Assembly: GCA_043228905.1 (NCBI GenBank)
Contig: JBHGNT010000018.1
Span: 11,780,001-11,844,000 of the forward strand
From: Azolla caroliniana
Lineage: Eukaryota; Plantae; Polypodiophyta
Reading direction: 5' to 3'
DNA length: 64,000 nucleotides
Shown: positions 34,369 through 48,470 of the stretch, piece by piece
Position numbering within the stretch: position 1 is the first letter of the stretch
Layout: every line of letters starts with the position of its first letter
The notes under the pieces: model-generated
Told to the model about the DNA's origin: nothing
What the model saw: only the letters and a program-made list of their open reading frames with translations
Database searches by the model: none
Position numbers and translations under genes: made by a program

Positions 34369-37300
34369 ATGGACGAATTGTTTGGCGGCATGTTCAAGCT
34401 CACCAGCTCCAACTATTTAGTGTGGAAGTCGAAGATGAGGGACATGCTCATGGTTAAAGACCTCTAGCTGCCGGTTCAGTTTGGGGACAAGAGACCGGAC
34501 AAAATCGACGCCGCGATATGGGAGGTGATGCACATGAAGACAACGGCGTACATACGATGCTTCATCGACATGAGCCTGTACAACAACTTCAATGAAGAGA
34601 GCAAGGCTCATGAGCTCTAGGAGAAGATCGGCATAATGTTTCAAAACAAAAATGTTGTTAATTAGGTTTCGGTATTCCAGAAGCTAGTAAGACTCCGATA
34701 CCAAGATGGCTCTAGCATGGCGGAGCACATGAATGCCTTCCAGGGGCTGATCCACCAGGCAACATCATTGGAAGTACCTCTCGCCGACGAGGTACTAGCG
34801 CTACTCCTACTCGGTTCCCTCCCGGATAGCTGGGAGACGTTGGTTGTCACTTTGGGCAATGCCGGGACGGAAGGAAAGCGGTTATCCCTAGCAAGAGTAA
34901 AGTCGAGCTTGCTAGATGAGGAGGCGCTTCGGAAAGATAAAGATACGAGCTCCGACTCCAAAGCGCTCCTTACCGAATCGGAACGCGGAAGACAGAGAAA
35001 CCGTAGTCCCCAGAACCGGGAGAAGTCGGGGACACGGTCAAAGTCAAGGGGGAGGCCTACTTGCTTCTATTGCGGCAAGCCGGGACACTTCCAAAAGAAC
35101 TGTCAGCATTTCCGTAAAGACAAGGAAACCGACGGTACCGATTCGAAGCGGACCCCGGACCGGAACGTTAAGACCGATGGGGAATGGACCGGAAGGGAAC
35201 GACGGCAATCGCGGCAAGTGAAGAAGAGTTGATGCTCATCACCGAGGAGAGTGAGATAAACCTTCCCGGCGACGAGATGACCTGGGTGGTCGACTCCGGA
35301 GCGTTGTTCCACCTTACCCCGGACCGGAAATGCTTCTCATCCTACTCAGCCGGTGATCACGGTTGTGTCCGGATGGGGAATGAAGGAACATGCCGAATTG
35401 TCGGCATAGGAGACATGTGGTTGACAACACCAACCGGATGCAAGTTGCTGCTTAAGGATGTTCGACATGTTCCGGAGGTCCGTCTGAACCTGATATCAGC
35501 CGATCGGCTAGATGATGAAGGCTACATGGGTAGCATCCGGAACGGTGTCATGAAGTTCAGCAAAGGGAGCCTGATTGTGGCTCGGGCCCGGAAGGTCAAC
35601 ACACTATACCTGATGAATGCCCGGTTATGTCCGGAAGATGTGAACGTGGCATCCGACATTGCCGGTGAGCTGTGGCACAAGAGGCTGTGTCATATGAGCG
35701 AGAAGGGGATGAAGAGGCTTGCAGATGACAACCTCATTCCAGTGAAGAACGTGCACTTGGAGAAGTGCACTGATTGTCTGGCCGGTAAGCAAAACCAGAC
35801 CTCCTTCCGACCAAGGCCACCGATGAGACGTAATGCACCACTAGAGTTGGTGCATACGGATGTGTGTCAAGTAGACACGAAGTCACATGCCGGAGCGCAG
35901 TACTTCGTGACATTCATAGATGACCACAGCCGGAAGCTGTGGGCCACACCGTTGAAGACGAAGGATCAGGTGCTATCCGTCTTCAAAGAGCTCCATGCGA
36001 GAGTGGAAAGAGAAACCGGCCGGAAGCTGAAGGCGGTTCGAGCAGATAACGGAGGAGAATACCGGGGGTAGTTCGAGGAGTAATGCCACTCGAAGGGAAT
36101 CCGGCTCGAATTTACCATGCCGAAGACGCCGGCACTAAACGGACTGGCCGAGAGGATGAATCGGACCATAATGGAGAGGGTCCGGAGTATGCTAGCGCAT
36201 GCAAAACTACCCAAGAAGTTTTGGGCTGAGGCACTGTCGACGACGACTTATGTGATAAATAGATCACCCTTAGTACCCTTGGACAGAGACATGCCACAGA
36301 GAGTGTGGACCGGTAAGGAAGTATCCTACCGGCATCTGAAGGTGTTCGGGTGTCTCGCGTACGTGCATGTAGCTAAGGACCGGAGAGGAAAGTTAGATCC
36401 AAAGACCTGACCATGCATATTCCTCGGTTATGGTGACGATGAGTTCGGCTACCGAGTGTGGGACCTGGTCGACAAGAAGGTATTCTGGAGTCGAGATATT
36501 ATCTTCATGGAGGACAAGACGCTCGCCGACTGGGAGTCGGAGAAGAAGATAATGAACTCCGAGTCGATCGGTAAGGATCGACTCTACGATGAGCAAACCC
36601 AACCGGCAAGAGACCGGTTAGCACTCGAGGGACCAGCCGGTTACGGTGAGGATACCGAACAGGCTGAAGAAGAAGTAGAGGAAGTTGAAACCGGAACTGG
36701 CCAAGACCCCGAATCGGATTCGGATGAAGAGCAAATGGAGGAGCCGGTTACCGAAGCCCGAAGACGGAGATATCCTCTCAGAGAGAGAAGGCCCCCCCAG
36801 AGATTTTTGGATGCAGAGCATGTTCTGCTGACCGATGAGGGGGAGCCGGAAAGCTTCGAAGAAGCGAAGGATGACACCCACAACCACAAATGGTTAAGTG
36901 CCATGCAGGATGAGATGGATTTCCTGCATGAGAACCATACATACGAATTGGTGGAGTTGCTGAAAGGAAAGCGGGCACTCCGTAACAAGTGGGTGTACAA
37001 GTTGAAACCGGGAGATGCCGGCAACCCCCCGAGATACAAAGCCAGGATCGTGGTGAAGGGGTTCCAGTAGAAGAAGGGCGTGGACTTCGACGAGATATTT
37101 GCCCCGGTAGTAAAGATGACCTCTATCCAGACGGTGTTGAGTATAGCGGCAAGCATGGACCTCGAGGTAGAGCAACTAGACGTGAAGACGACATTCCTTC
37201 ACGGTGATCTCGAAGAGGAGATCTACATGCAGCAACCGGAAGGATTCGTAGAGAAAGGGAAGGAGCACCTGGTTTGCCGATTGAAGAAGAGCCTCTACGG

Positions 37301-38413
37301 GTTGAAGCAGGCCCCCCCGGCAATGGTACCGGAAGTTCGACTCCTTCATGACCGATCAAGGGTACCACAAGGCACAGGACGATCACTGTGTGTTTGTGAA
37401 GAAGTTCGAAGGGGACTTCCTGATACTCCTTCTGTACGTGGATGACATGTTGATCGTCGGACGGGACCAAGCCAAAATACGGATGCTGAAGAAGGCTCTC
37501 AACCGAACCTTCTCAATGAAAGACTTGGGTCCGGTAAGACAGATGCTAGGGATGCATATTACTCGGAACCGGTCAATGAAGCAATTATGGCTGTCACAAG
37601 AGAAGTACGTGACAAAGGTGCTTCAGCGGTTCAACATGTCAGATGCGAAACCGGTCGGATCGACACTTCCGGCCTACTGCAGGCTATCCAGTAATCAAAG
37701 CCTGAAGACGAAAGCAGAGAAGACGGATATGATGAAGATTCCATATGCCTCTACCGTCGGGAGCTTGCTGTACGCAATGGTGTGTACCTGACCGGATATA
37801 GGATACCCAGTCGGAGTGGTGAGCCGGTTTATGAGCGATCCTGGCAAGGAGCACTGGAACGCGGTCAAATGGATACTCCGGTATTTGAAGGGCACTTCAA
37901 ATATGTGTCTCCGATTCGGCTCTGGAAAAACCTCAACTTGACGGTTTCACCAATTCGGACATGTCAGCTGATGTGGATACCAGCTGGTCTACATCCGGGT
38001 ATGTAATGACATATGCAAGGGGAGTTGTTTTGTGGCAATCGAGGCTGCAGAAGATGGTTGCATTGTCAACCACGGAGGCGGAGTACATGGCAATTGTGGA
38101 AGCCGGCAAGGAAATATTATGGATGAAGGACTTCATAGGAGAGCTCAGTATCCGGCAAGATGAATACCGACTCTATTGCGATAGTCAAAGTGCCATCCAC
38201 CTTGCTAAGAATGCGGCCTACCATTCCCGGACAAAGCATATCCAGCGAAGGTATCACTGGATCTGGGAAAGAGTAGATGACTAAGAGTTCGCGCTGACGA
38301 AAATCCACACGGCCGAGAACGGGTCAGATATGCTGACCAAAGTTCTGATACCCGACAAGCTGGATGCATGCCGGAAGAGGATCGGACTAGTAAGACACCC
38401 CATGCCGGAGTGA
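34369..38413 (+). pseudogene. Element L gag-pol with several stops and frameshifts
   Basis: gag SLPDSW, CFYCGKPGHFQKNC, VDSGA, LWHKRL, LVHTD, ADNGGEY, YKARIV, QLDVK, YVDD, LSTTEAEY, RTKHI. Confidence 0.92.
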
Positions 38414-41051
38414 AGGGGGAGTTTGTTGGGAGACAGGTCCCTCCAGATGGTGCAGACCCGATGAGAGCCGGATGAGGAGTACCCGGCTACGGAGAGCCGG
38501 ATGGTGTAGACCCGGTGAGAACCGGATGAGGAGTACCCGGCTACGGAGAACTGGATGGTGCAGACCTGGTGAGGAATGCTCACCGGATGGAAAGACATAT
38601 TCGTAAATATGTTTCTGAGAGTCCATCGAGCCTATATTTGTAAATAGCCGAAAAGTCATATTAGTATAAATATGACTTAGGGCAACTTTTAGTATTGTAG
38701 TTGTTATTCTTGTTGGTGCAAGAAGAAGAGAGCGCGCGTAACAGTGTACAGAGAGAGAGAGAGAGAGAAAGAGGTCGTTGCCTCTGTTGTAACCGCCGCC
38801 TGTGGTGAAGATCGTGAGCACGAGGTTGTTGCCTCCGTGAACTCACTGTTGTACATTCTAACATAGTGATAGTTTGCAGCCTGTGGGCTGCCGTGGTTTT
38901 TCCCCTTAGTTTGGGTTTTCCACGTAAACATCCTGCGTACTCGTCTCCTCTTCGTGTCGTTCATTATTTCCCGTTTTCTGTGTATGATTCTAAGCTCGGT
39001 TGTGGCCAAGCGTTGTGCATAAGGAGCGTTGAGTTCCCGTTAAGAGACATCCGAAAGAGAGCCAACAACGAGTGGACGAAGGTACCCACTCAGAGAAAGG
39101 AAGGCACTGACTACATATGCTAGTCAATATGTCCTCTTGACTGATGACGGTGAACCGGAGTGCTATGAAGAAGCCCTTGCCGACGAGAGCAGAGGAAAAT
39201 GGCTGAACGCGATGCAAGAGGAGATGGAATCCTTGCATGCGAATTACACCTACGACCTAGTAGAGTTTTCGAAAGGTAAGAGAGCACTCAAGAATAAATG
39301 GGTCTACAAGGTGAAGAGAGGAGAAGTCGACATCGAGCCCAGGTATAAAGCCTGCATAGTGGTGAAGGGTTTCCAACTGAAGAAGGGCATCGACTTTGAC
39401 AAAATATTCACACCAGTCGTGAAGATGACATCTGTATGAACTGTTTTTTAGCATAGCGGCCAGCATAGATCTGGAGATCGAATAGTTGGATGTCAAAACC
39501 ACATTTCTACATGGGGAGCTAGAAGAAGAAATCTACATGCAACAACCCGAAGGCTTTGAGGAAAAATGGAAAGAGAATCTGGTGTGTCGATTGAGAAAAA
39601 GCTTGTACGGATTAAAACAAGCTCCATGCCAATGGTATGTAAGAAATTCGAGTCCTTCATGATGGAACATCGGTTCCAGAAAACACAGGCTGATCACTGT
39701 GTGTTCGTAAAAAGGTACGAGGAAAGAGATTTCTTGATTCTCTTGCTATATGTTGATGATATTTGATAGTCAGCCAAGATGCAAGGAAGATTGGAAGCTT
39801 GAAGAAAGATCTCGGCAAATCATTTGCCATGAAAGACCTTGGACCAGCAAAGCAAATCCTAGGAATGCACATAATCCGAGATAAGCTCGGAAGGCACTAT
39901 GTTTGTCACAACAGAAGTATGTGACGAAGATCCTAGAGAGATTCAACATGTCAAACGCAAAGCCGGTTGGCTCCATGTTGCCGACAAACTGCAGATTGAA
40001 TGCGAAGGAGTGTCTGAAAGGGCAGAAGGAAAAGGCTGAGATGAAGAAGGTACCGTATGCCTCGGCAGTCGGCAGTCTAATGTATGCTATGGTTTGTACG
40101 AGACCGGACATAGCATTTGTTGTGGGAGCAGTAAGCCGATATATGAGTAATCCAGGGAGAGAACACTGGGCAACGGTGAAATGGATACTCCGGTACTTAG
40201 AGGGCACCTCGGGGGTGTGCCTAAGGTATGATGTCGGAAAACCTGTGCTAGAAGGTTTTACCGATTCAGACATGTCAGGAGATGTCGACTCGAGCCGATC
40301 CACATTAGGGTACATGATGGATGACCTATGCAGGGGGAGCAGTGTCGTGGAAGTCACGACTGCAGAAGTTTGTAGCTTTATCAACTACAGAGGCAGAGTA
40401 TATGGCAGTAGTAGAAGCCGGAAAAGAGCTGATCTGGATGAGAAATTTTCTCACCGAACTAGGCATGAAGCAAAAGGAGTTCTTGCTTTATTGTGACAGC
40501 CAAAGCACCATACACCTAGCCAAGAATGCGGCATACCATTCCCGGACCAAGCACATACATAGAAGGTATCACTGGTTAAGGGAGAGAGTCGAAGAAGGAG
40601 AGTTTTCTCTCGAAAAGATCCATACTAACGACAACAAATCCGACATGCTGACGAAGAACGCTATGGACAAACTCTGAGTCTGTTGACAGAATACAGGATT
40701 GACAGATTTCCACCCACAGGAGTAAAGGGGGAGTTTGTTGGGAATATGTCCCTCCAGTGGGAGGAAGACCCGAACGTCAGGAAAGCCGATAGTCGAGGAG
40801 CCGAGTTGATGAGGGACTCGGTCGAGCCCTGTGCGGCTGATACACTCGACAAAGTGTTTTATTCCTCTCGGTGTTCTATATCCACTTGGTATAGTGAAGA
40901 TTCTGTTCACCCGTGGTTTTCCCCGTTTTAGGGTTTCCACGTAAATCTCTATACATCTGTTTTATTTTGTCTTCTCTTGGTATATTTCTGTGATTCGTAT
41001 TTCAGCAGTGTCTGCTCATGGTGACTTATATTCCACAATGATTTCTCAACA

Positions 41052-41902
41052 GATTGCACCGGAGAGGACTCACTCGCGGACCAAATGATAGTGCACCTCG
41101 ATGTGCTTTGTCCGAGAGTGGAACATAGGGTTCTTTGCTAGCTGGATGTTGCTAAGGTTGTCACAGTATATGACTGTTGGCTCGAACACCTCTACATGTA
41201 GATCCTGTAATAGCTTTTTGGGCCACATGGCTTTACATGTGGCGACAGCCGCCCCTCGATACTTGGCCTCAGTGCTCGATAGTGCCATTGTCAACTGCTT
41301 TTTACAGCTCCAGGTGATCATGGCACTTCCCAATGAAAATACAAACCCAGATGTTGACCTACAATCACCGGCATTTCCGGCCCAATCGGCATCCGTGTAG
41401 CCGACTAATTATTTGGCTACTCCTGCCCAATAAAACAACACCCTGTCCTTAGTATTGCTGAGATACCTCAATATCCTTTGCGCGCACTGAAGGTGTTCAG
41501 GTTTTTAGCTACGATATGAATTGACTCATCAGGCCCAGGCCGACCTGGTAGCAAGGATCCGTCAGAGTGATTGTCAAATAGATAAGGCTCCCGACAATTT
41601 GTTGGAACCGTGTTCGGTCGCACACCTCTCCTGAATCTTGACAAAGCTTTACGTTTCTGTCCAGAGGGGTTGAGATGGACTTACAATCCACCATCCCGAA
41701 CTTGAAGAGCATATTCAACAGATAATGGGGTTGGTTGATCAATATGCCTTCGGGGGTTCGGATCACTTCGATCCCGAGGAAGTAATGAAGGTCCCCTAGG
41801 TCCTTCATGTCGAATGATGCCGCAAACTGAGACTTTACTCGGCCGATTTCTCTGAGGTCAGTACCGGCAATGACTAGATCATCGACATATTGCAAAATGC
41901 TT
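41052..41902 (-). pseudogene. Copia fragment N (RT C-terminus and RNase H)
   Basis: QYVDD, MKDLGDLHYFLGIEV, LSSTEAKY, YCDN, HSRTKHIEVHYH. Confidence 0.88.
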
Positions 41903-44900
41903 ATTTGAAAGAATTCTGGGACGTATTTGCTTGGTCCTATGAGGATATGCGAGGGCTGGATCTGCAGTTGTATCAACATCAGATACACTGTATCAACATC
42001 AGATACATCTTAGCAAAGATGCCAAACCGGTTGTACAAAGGCGCTACCAAATAAACCCTAATTATGCGGTAAGGGTAAAAGAAGAGATCGACAAGTTACT
42101 CCGAATCGGTTTTATCCGGCCGGTAAAGAAAAGCCACATGGTTGAGTCTGATAGTCATCGTGCCAAAGAAGAACGAGAAGATCCGGGTGTGCGTCGATTA
42201 CCGGAAACTGAATGCCGCGACGGTGATCAATGCCTTTCCCCTTCCATTCACGGATGGAGTTCTAGACGCGGTAGCCGGTCATGAGGTATATAGCTTCCTA
42301 GACGGATTCAGCGGTTACAATCAAATACGGATGCACCCCGATAACCAAGAAAAGACGGCGTTCGTTACCAAGTGGGGAGTTTTCGTTGTCGTACTGATGA
42401 TGTTTGGACTCAAGACGACGTCGGCTACCTTTCAACGGATAATCATGGAAATATTTGGAGAGTTCATCCTGGCGTTTATGCAAGTGTTCCTAGACAACTT
42501 CATGGTGTGTAACCGGCAAGGGGAACATCTGGACAATCTCCGGTTATGCCTAGATAAATGCAAGGGGTACCGTCTAAGCTTGAACCCAACAAAGTGTGTG
42601 TTCGGGGTGACTAGTGGTATGCTACTTGGTTATATTGTCAGCAAGGACGGGATAGCAGTAGACCATGACAAAGTGAGGGCAATTCTGGAGGCACCGACAC
42701 CAACAACGGCCAAAGCATTAAGCAGATTCTTAGGACAAATCCGGTGGCATAGCCGAATGCTCTGGTATTTGGCAAATCTTGCAACACCGCTGCATGTTGC
42801 GGTTCACCGGACACCGTTTGAATGGACGACTACAGAGGATGACGCTTACCACACGCTAAAAGTACTACTATCGCAAGCACCGGTAGTACAACCCCCGGAC
42901 TGATCCAAAGAGTTTCATGTGTTCGTCTACGCGTCAGACATAGCAATTGGCAGCACACTTATGCAGCTGACCGAACCCAAGTGGTACCGGCCAGTATACT
43001 ATGCAATCCGGAAATTGTCACAAGCGGAACTAAATTACTCCACAATGGAAAGAGAGGCCTTGGGGATGATTTATAGTGTCACAAAGTTCCGGCACTATTT
43101 GTTGGGCCGTAAATTTTCATTTCACGTAGACCATTCCACACTTTTATACTTGGTCTCTAAGGCATCCCTCACAAGTAAGCCTGCCTGGTGGACACTGCTA
43201 CTACAGGAATTCAAGTTCGAAATTTATCACCGATCGGGTATACAACACGCGGTTGCCGACTATTTGAGCCGTTAGAAACCGGCGAGACCGGTGACGGCGT
43301 ACCAGATGAGTTTCGGGATGCCGAACTGTTTAAAATTATAGCAGAAACCATGGTGGATAATACAGTGCCGGACGAGGACAAATGGCTAACGAACGTGCAT
43401 CAGTTCTTAAGCATGGGGCTACCTCCGGAAGAGATGAATAGAGACAAGCGGAAACGATTGGCGGTCCAAAGCCGACATTTTTGTTTATTACAAGACACCC
43501 TATACCACAAGGGAGCCAATGGAATATGGCGGAGAGCGGTGCGTAGCGATGAAAAGGACACCATATTACTAGAAGCACATTGCGGAGTCGCTAGAGGACA
43601 TTATGTCGGTGAAACTACAACAAGAATGATATGGCGCAGTGGGCTATGGTGGCCAACGACACTAAAAGATTCGGTCCGATATACGAAGGAATGTGATTTG
43701 TGTCAACAAATGGGCCAACCGACAGAACAGGCGCGGATGCCTCACCAGCCGGTACTACCCTTGGAACCATTTCAAAAATGGGGGTTGGACTTTGTCGGAC
43801 CATTCAAGCCGCCTGCCATGCGAACCGACAATAGATACGTCATTGTCGCTACGAATTATTGCACCAATTGGGTAGAGGCCAAGGCTTTGCGAGACAATAC
43901 CGCGGCATCAACGACAAAGTTCCTTTACGAGTACATCCGGTGTCGTTACGGATGTCCAATCGAATTAATTAGTGACCAGGGTGGACACTTCCTCGGTCAA
44001 GTAGTGGAGAGCCTAACAATGTTCTACGCGGTAGTACACAAGCGCAACACTCCATACTATCTGCAGGCCAATGGACTGGCCGAGTCCACCAACAAGAACA
44101 CTACAGAACATCCTCCGGAAGATCGTCAACAAGAACCGGACCGATTGGGACACGAAGTTGCACAGTGCATTATGGGCTTACCGGACGACGTATAAAACGA
44201 GCATCAAGATGACACCATTCCGGTTAGCGTTCAGACTAGAAGTGGTGATGCCGATTGAATTTCAAGTACCGAGCTTACGGATACAGGTCCGGGAGCGAAT
44301 GAGTGAAAAGGAATAAGAGAAAATCCGATTGGCGGCACTATGTGAGCTGGAAGAGCATCAGATAGTGAGTATCATGCAGTTGGAATTGGAACAACGATGA
44401 AGGAAGGCTTTCGTCGACCAGCACCGGAAGGGCAATGAGAAGTTGTTCGTAATCGGCAAGCCGGTGCTCGTGTTTCAGACCCGGATGGGTAAGATGTCGG
44501 GCAAGCTACGGTTTCGGTGGACTGGACCATACTGGGTCACGCGAGAATTCAATGGTTCTTACCAGTTAGGCACGCTTGCCGGCGAAGTACTGGACAAATG
44601 GGTAAATGGGTTCCGGTTAAACCCTATTACGGGCCCATGCCACCAAACCCGTTCCATCAGGTGGAGACCAACACGGTAACCGGAAACGGCAAGCAATTGG
44701 CCGGCAACCAAGAGGAGCCGGTGTTACCAGACAACCGGGACTACTGCTTAATTATTAAAAAAAAAAATCATCATGCATAGGCGAGGAGTGAATGGGCACT
44801 TTGAAAAGCTATGTGGTTGATGGCTAATTAAAGCCTATTTAAAAGCACACCATATGTCAATCGACTACTATTATAGTACACAACGTGCATGCGCGGGAAT

Positions 44901-45071
44901 CGAGAAAAGGCGCCAAGAATGGAGAGACAAAAACTCTGCCTCGTAGAGTCCCTCTTATTTCGCGAGAACAAAGCACTAAGTGGACACAGGTGATTAAGAG
45001 TGATCAGACGAACGCAAGAAGAACGCACAAACCTACCAATTCTACCAAGTCCCACAGACTCAGACGACGAT

Positions 45072-47900
45072 ATGGAACACATGGCACTCTCGGAAACGGC
45101 CAAGAAATGGTTCAGGCAACACGGGTTGGAAGGGTTACTAAGAATCGTCGAGGCACCTCCGCACGGTGAGGCAGAGAAAGTGGTGCTGGAGATCGATACG
45201 GAGGTCATCATAAAAGAGGCCATCCGCGCCATGACCGGCTTATCGGAGGGCGGAATATTCACGATCTACAACCCTTCACCGGAGATGATCACGAGGTTCT
45301 TCGGTGAGTACTCCCTGGCCAACAAGGCGTACTGCACGCAAGGCAGCGAGGACGCTCTATTCCGAGAAGTCGCTCGTGTGCTTCATGAGTATGGGCATGT
45401 ACACCCTCAACCCCTGGCTATGCCAAAGAACAGAGCCGATTTAATTATAGCGACTTATGATGGAGTACAGGTGGATTGACCGGTGATCATCGCTGACAGT
45501 TTGAGTGTAGCCATAGACTTAGTAAAGGATGGCAAGAAGATGTGGACACCGGTGGTGCAATGGCTCACTCTTTTAGCACCGCCGGTAGAGTTGATATAGA
45601 CGAAGAAGCGGGGGAGACCGACGGAATCAACTCCCAATCAATCTTCTAAAAGGCAACAACTCCTAGCTAAACAAGCGATCAGATGGAAAGTGGTAGGCTC
45701 CTCACAAAAGGCGAAGGAGTAGCCTAGTCGGAAGTGTACGACAGAGAAGGAGACATCGGTGGAAACACCGTTGAGACCCTTAAAAATTAAGCTACACCAG
45801 TCAGAACAACAATCAGAACAACAATCAGAACAACAACAGGAGCAAGACCCCTTGGCGGCGTTAATCAATAGCGGAACCCTAGATGAGGAGCAAGAAGAAG
45901 AACTTGCCAAGCACCTATTACGTCGCAAACAGACACACGACGACGGCCATAAAGGGGAGGAATCAAGTCTGGTAAAGGACAGTATACCAAAGCCTCGCCC
46001 TAATGAGTCGTAGCCAAAGAAGGAGTCAGAACCATTTCAACCAGATCCGGTGTTAGAAGCACCGTGGCAAGAAATAGCGGAACTAGATGTTCAAAAACCG
46101 GTGATTGAATTGCCGGTGTCGCCGACGCATCAGCAATGACAAGAACAAGAATTGCCGCTAACTACCCAAAATAGGTTCCCGGCCAGTGAGGAAGCCACTC
46201 CACGACCAGAACCGGCACGATAACAAAGCACCGGCAACCAATGTCTATGGTGGATAGGAGAAGAAGTGGTTGGGGCGGTGTGCCACATAGAAGTAGAAGA
46301 AAGAGCACACGTGGACCGGTTGCTCGCAACAACTGAAGAACTAGAGAAGGCCCGTTTGAGAATCTGGAGCATGGAACAAGAAATGGAAAAGACCAGAGAA
46401 GAGGCGGCTAAGTTGGTCATCGAAGGACCAAAACAATTAGAACTGATGGCACCGGTGAGTGTTCAGAATAATAAGACCCCGATGACTGAACAATCCTGGA
46501 TACGAATAAGGCACAGGAACAAGAATTCGCCATGCTGAAAGAAGAATTGGAATCCCAAGAGGCCTTAAGGGCTAGAAAACATGAATGGAAGAAGGCGGCG
46601 GAGGAAGAACAAAAGAAATTAGCCGAAAGCCTCCGGCGAGCCGAAGAAAGCCTACGAAAAGGTCATCAAGCATATGATCGATTGAAGGAAGAAAAAGAAA
46701 AACTCCTGCAGGAAAAGGACAAACTCCGGCGCTCGGCGGAAGTAGAGATCGAGCGACTCAAGGAAGAGCTTCAATAACAAAAGGACCGGGAAGACCGTGC
46801 TCGCCGTCTGATCAATCAAAGGTTGAAACAAAAAACAAACGATTTTGATCGGCTGCACCGAGATCACAAACACTTGGATGCGGAACACAAGGAATTGATC
46901 ACCAAAATTGACCGGCAGCAGGAGAAGTTACGGGAACTTCGGGATGAGGTGAACCGGACAACGTCGGCCCTAGCAGAGGAACAGTCGAAGGGGGCTGAAG
47001 CAGCGAAAAAACTGGCGGAAGCGGTGAAAGAACGGATGGAGCAGACCCAACAACACTATGAGGAAAAGGAATGCGCTACAATGGCTTTGAACAAAGTTTA
47101 GACCACCTATCAGACACAGTTCATGCACTACAAAAGCCAAGAAGTGGCAATCGTGTGCCTTATCCAACAATTGAAAGACGAAAAATAGGCCGCGGAGAAT
47201 TAGTCGAAGATGGGGTCGGGGCAAATCCGTGATCTGGTGCTGACATGGAGAAACCGGACGAAGAGACTGGTGGAAGAAAGTTAGGTTCAATGGTGGTCTA
47301 AATGGGCTAAGTAGGCAACGGAGTTACAATTGCTAAGAGCGGATGCAGAGAACCAAAGGAAGGACGGCAACAATTTCTATAAACTGGACGCGGAGAACAT
47401 TTTAGCCATAAGGGAGGAATTGTCGGACGACTTCCTATCGTTAGCTGGGGAACAATTGGCAGCGGTGAGGCGATTGGTGAAATAGCTGGACGACGACCAG
47501 CTGGATACACAACTCTAGTTCGAGCGGTATGAACGAGAACGGTGATGGCAAGAGGTGGCAAGAAGAACTGCGTCGATCAATATCAGTGATGAAGAGCAGT
47601 CTTCGGAGCAGGCGCTAAATGAAGCCAAAACTAGGGGAAGCAAGCCAAACAAAACTCCAGAGGAGCAGCCGAAGGATGAAAACCTGCACACCGGAAACCA
47701 TCAGCTCGAGGAGCCCAAACGAACAGAACTAGAACCCGAAGCCTCGAGACTAGTGGAACCGGAGAGACCAGAGCAGGAGGAGCAGGAGGAGCCCAAACCA
47801 ACAAAACCAGAACCGGAAGCCTCGAGACTAGTGGAATCAAAGAGACCAGAGCAGTAGTAGGAGCGGGAGCAGGAGCAGCAACAGACGACGAAACAGCTAC
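45072..47900 (+). pseudogene. Extra sense ORF of O, homolog of F's extra ORF
   Basis: KKWFRQHGLEGLL, EAIRAMTGLSEGGIF and ESLRKGHQAYDRLKEEK are shared with F. Many premature stops. Confidence 0.75.
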
Positions 47901-47969
47901 CTGATGAGCATTTAGAACCCTTGGACTAGAGCATTTTGGACATTTTAGAGGAAGATTGAAGGGCGAACT

Positions 47970-48010
47970 GTGGGATTCGACGTACAAGGTATTGTCCCAC
48001 GGGCGTGCCA
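47970..48010 (+). other. tRNA-3'-end-like motif at the PPT position of element O
   Basis: GTGGGATTCGACGTACAAGGTATTGTCCCACGGGCGTGCCA, then TG, then the 3' LTR. Confidence 0.8.
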
Positions 48011-48470
48011 TGTGTTGACCGACAAGGACTTAAAAGTTGGATAAAGTCCAGAATGAGAAAGGGATAGTTATTTTAGAACCAAGAGTTGTTATCTATAATT
48101 ATTATATTTTGAGAAGCGAACCGGACTTGGAATCGGTATGCCGATCCGGATCCGGACCGGTTGCCGGTTGGCACCGGTTCGTAACCCAGAGTCGGTGACC
48201 TATAAAAGGACCCGGTTAGATTGTAATCAGATAGCGGTTTATTAATGAAAGTGTTGTTGTTCTACATCTTGTTTAATCTTTGAAGCTTTAGTTAATTACC
48301 GTTCTGTGCTTAATAGAATCTATCTTACGTGTGTATTATGATCATTAACCACGCCGGTTAGGAATACGTTTGTATCATGGTCTACGCCTACCCCACTTGC
48401 ACCACCCCTTTGGTGAAGTGTCCTAGAGGGACACCCTATGTTAGAGCTAGTCCTGCCCCAAGGAGTAACA

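Larger units (their letters stand above)
33669..39042 (+). mobile_element. Full-length Copia element L nested in M
   Basis: LTRs 33669-34339 and 38424-39042. Perfect TSD AGAGA. PBS TGGTATCAGAGC at 34342-34353. PPT GAAGGGGGAG at 38412-38421. Confidence 0.95.
31859..41051 (+). mobile_element. Copia element M, 5'-truncated, interrupted by element L
   Basis: Protease WVIDSGAS and integrase LVHTDV, RTDNGGEY in 32006-33415. RT and RNase H in 39137-40677. PPT AAAGGGGGAG at 40724-40733. 3' LTR 40736-41051. Confidence 0.88.
41903..48470 (+). mobile_element. Gypsy element O (family of F), 5'-truncated, with pol, extra ORF and 3' LTR
   Basis: RT, RNase H and complete integrase region in 41903-44700 (KWGLDFVGP, SDQG, RWTGPY). 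3' LTR 48013-48470 (TGTT...TAACA) homologous to the F and Q LTRs. Confidence 0.9.

Noticed and set aside
47970-48010. A true tRNA gene at the 3' motifs or in the chromovirus LTRs
   Set aside because: No acceptor-stem 5' strand, D-arm or anticodon arm can be folded; only partial tRNA-like segments are present.
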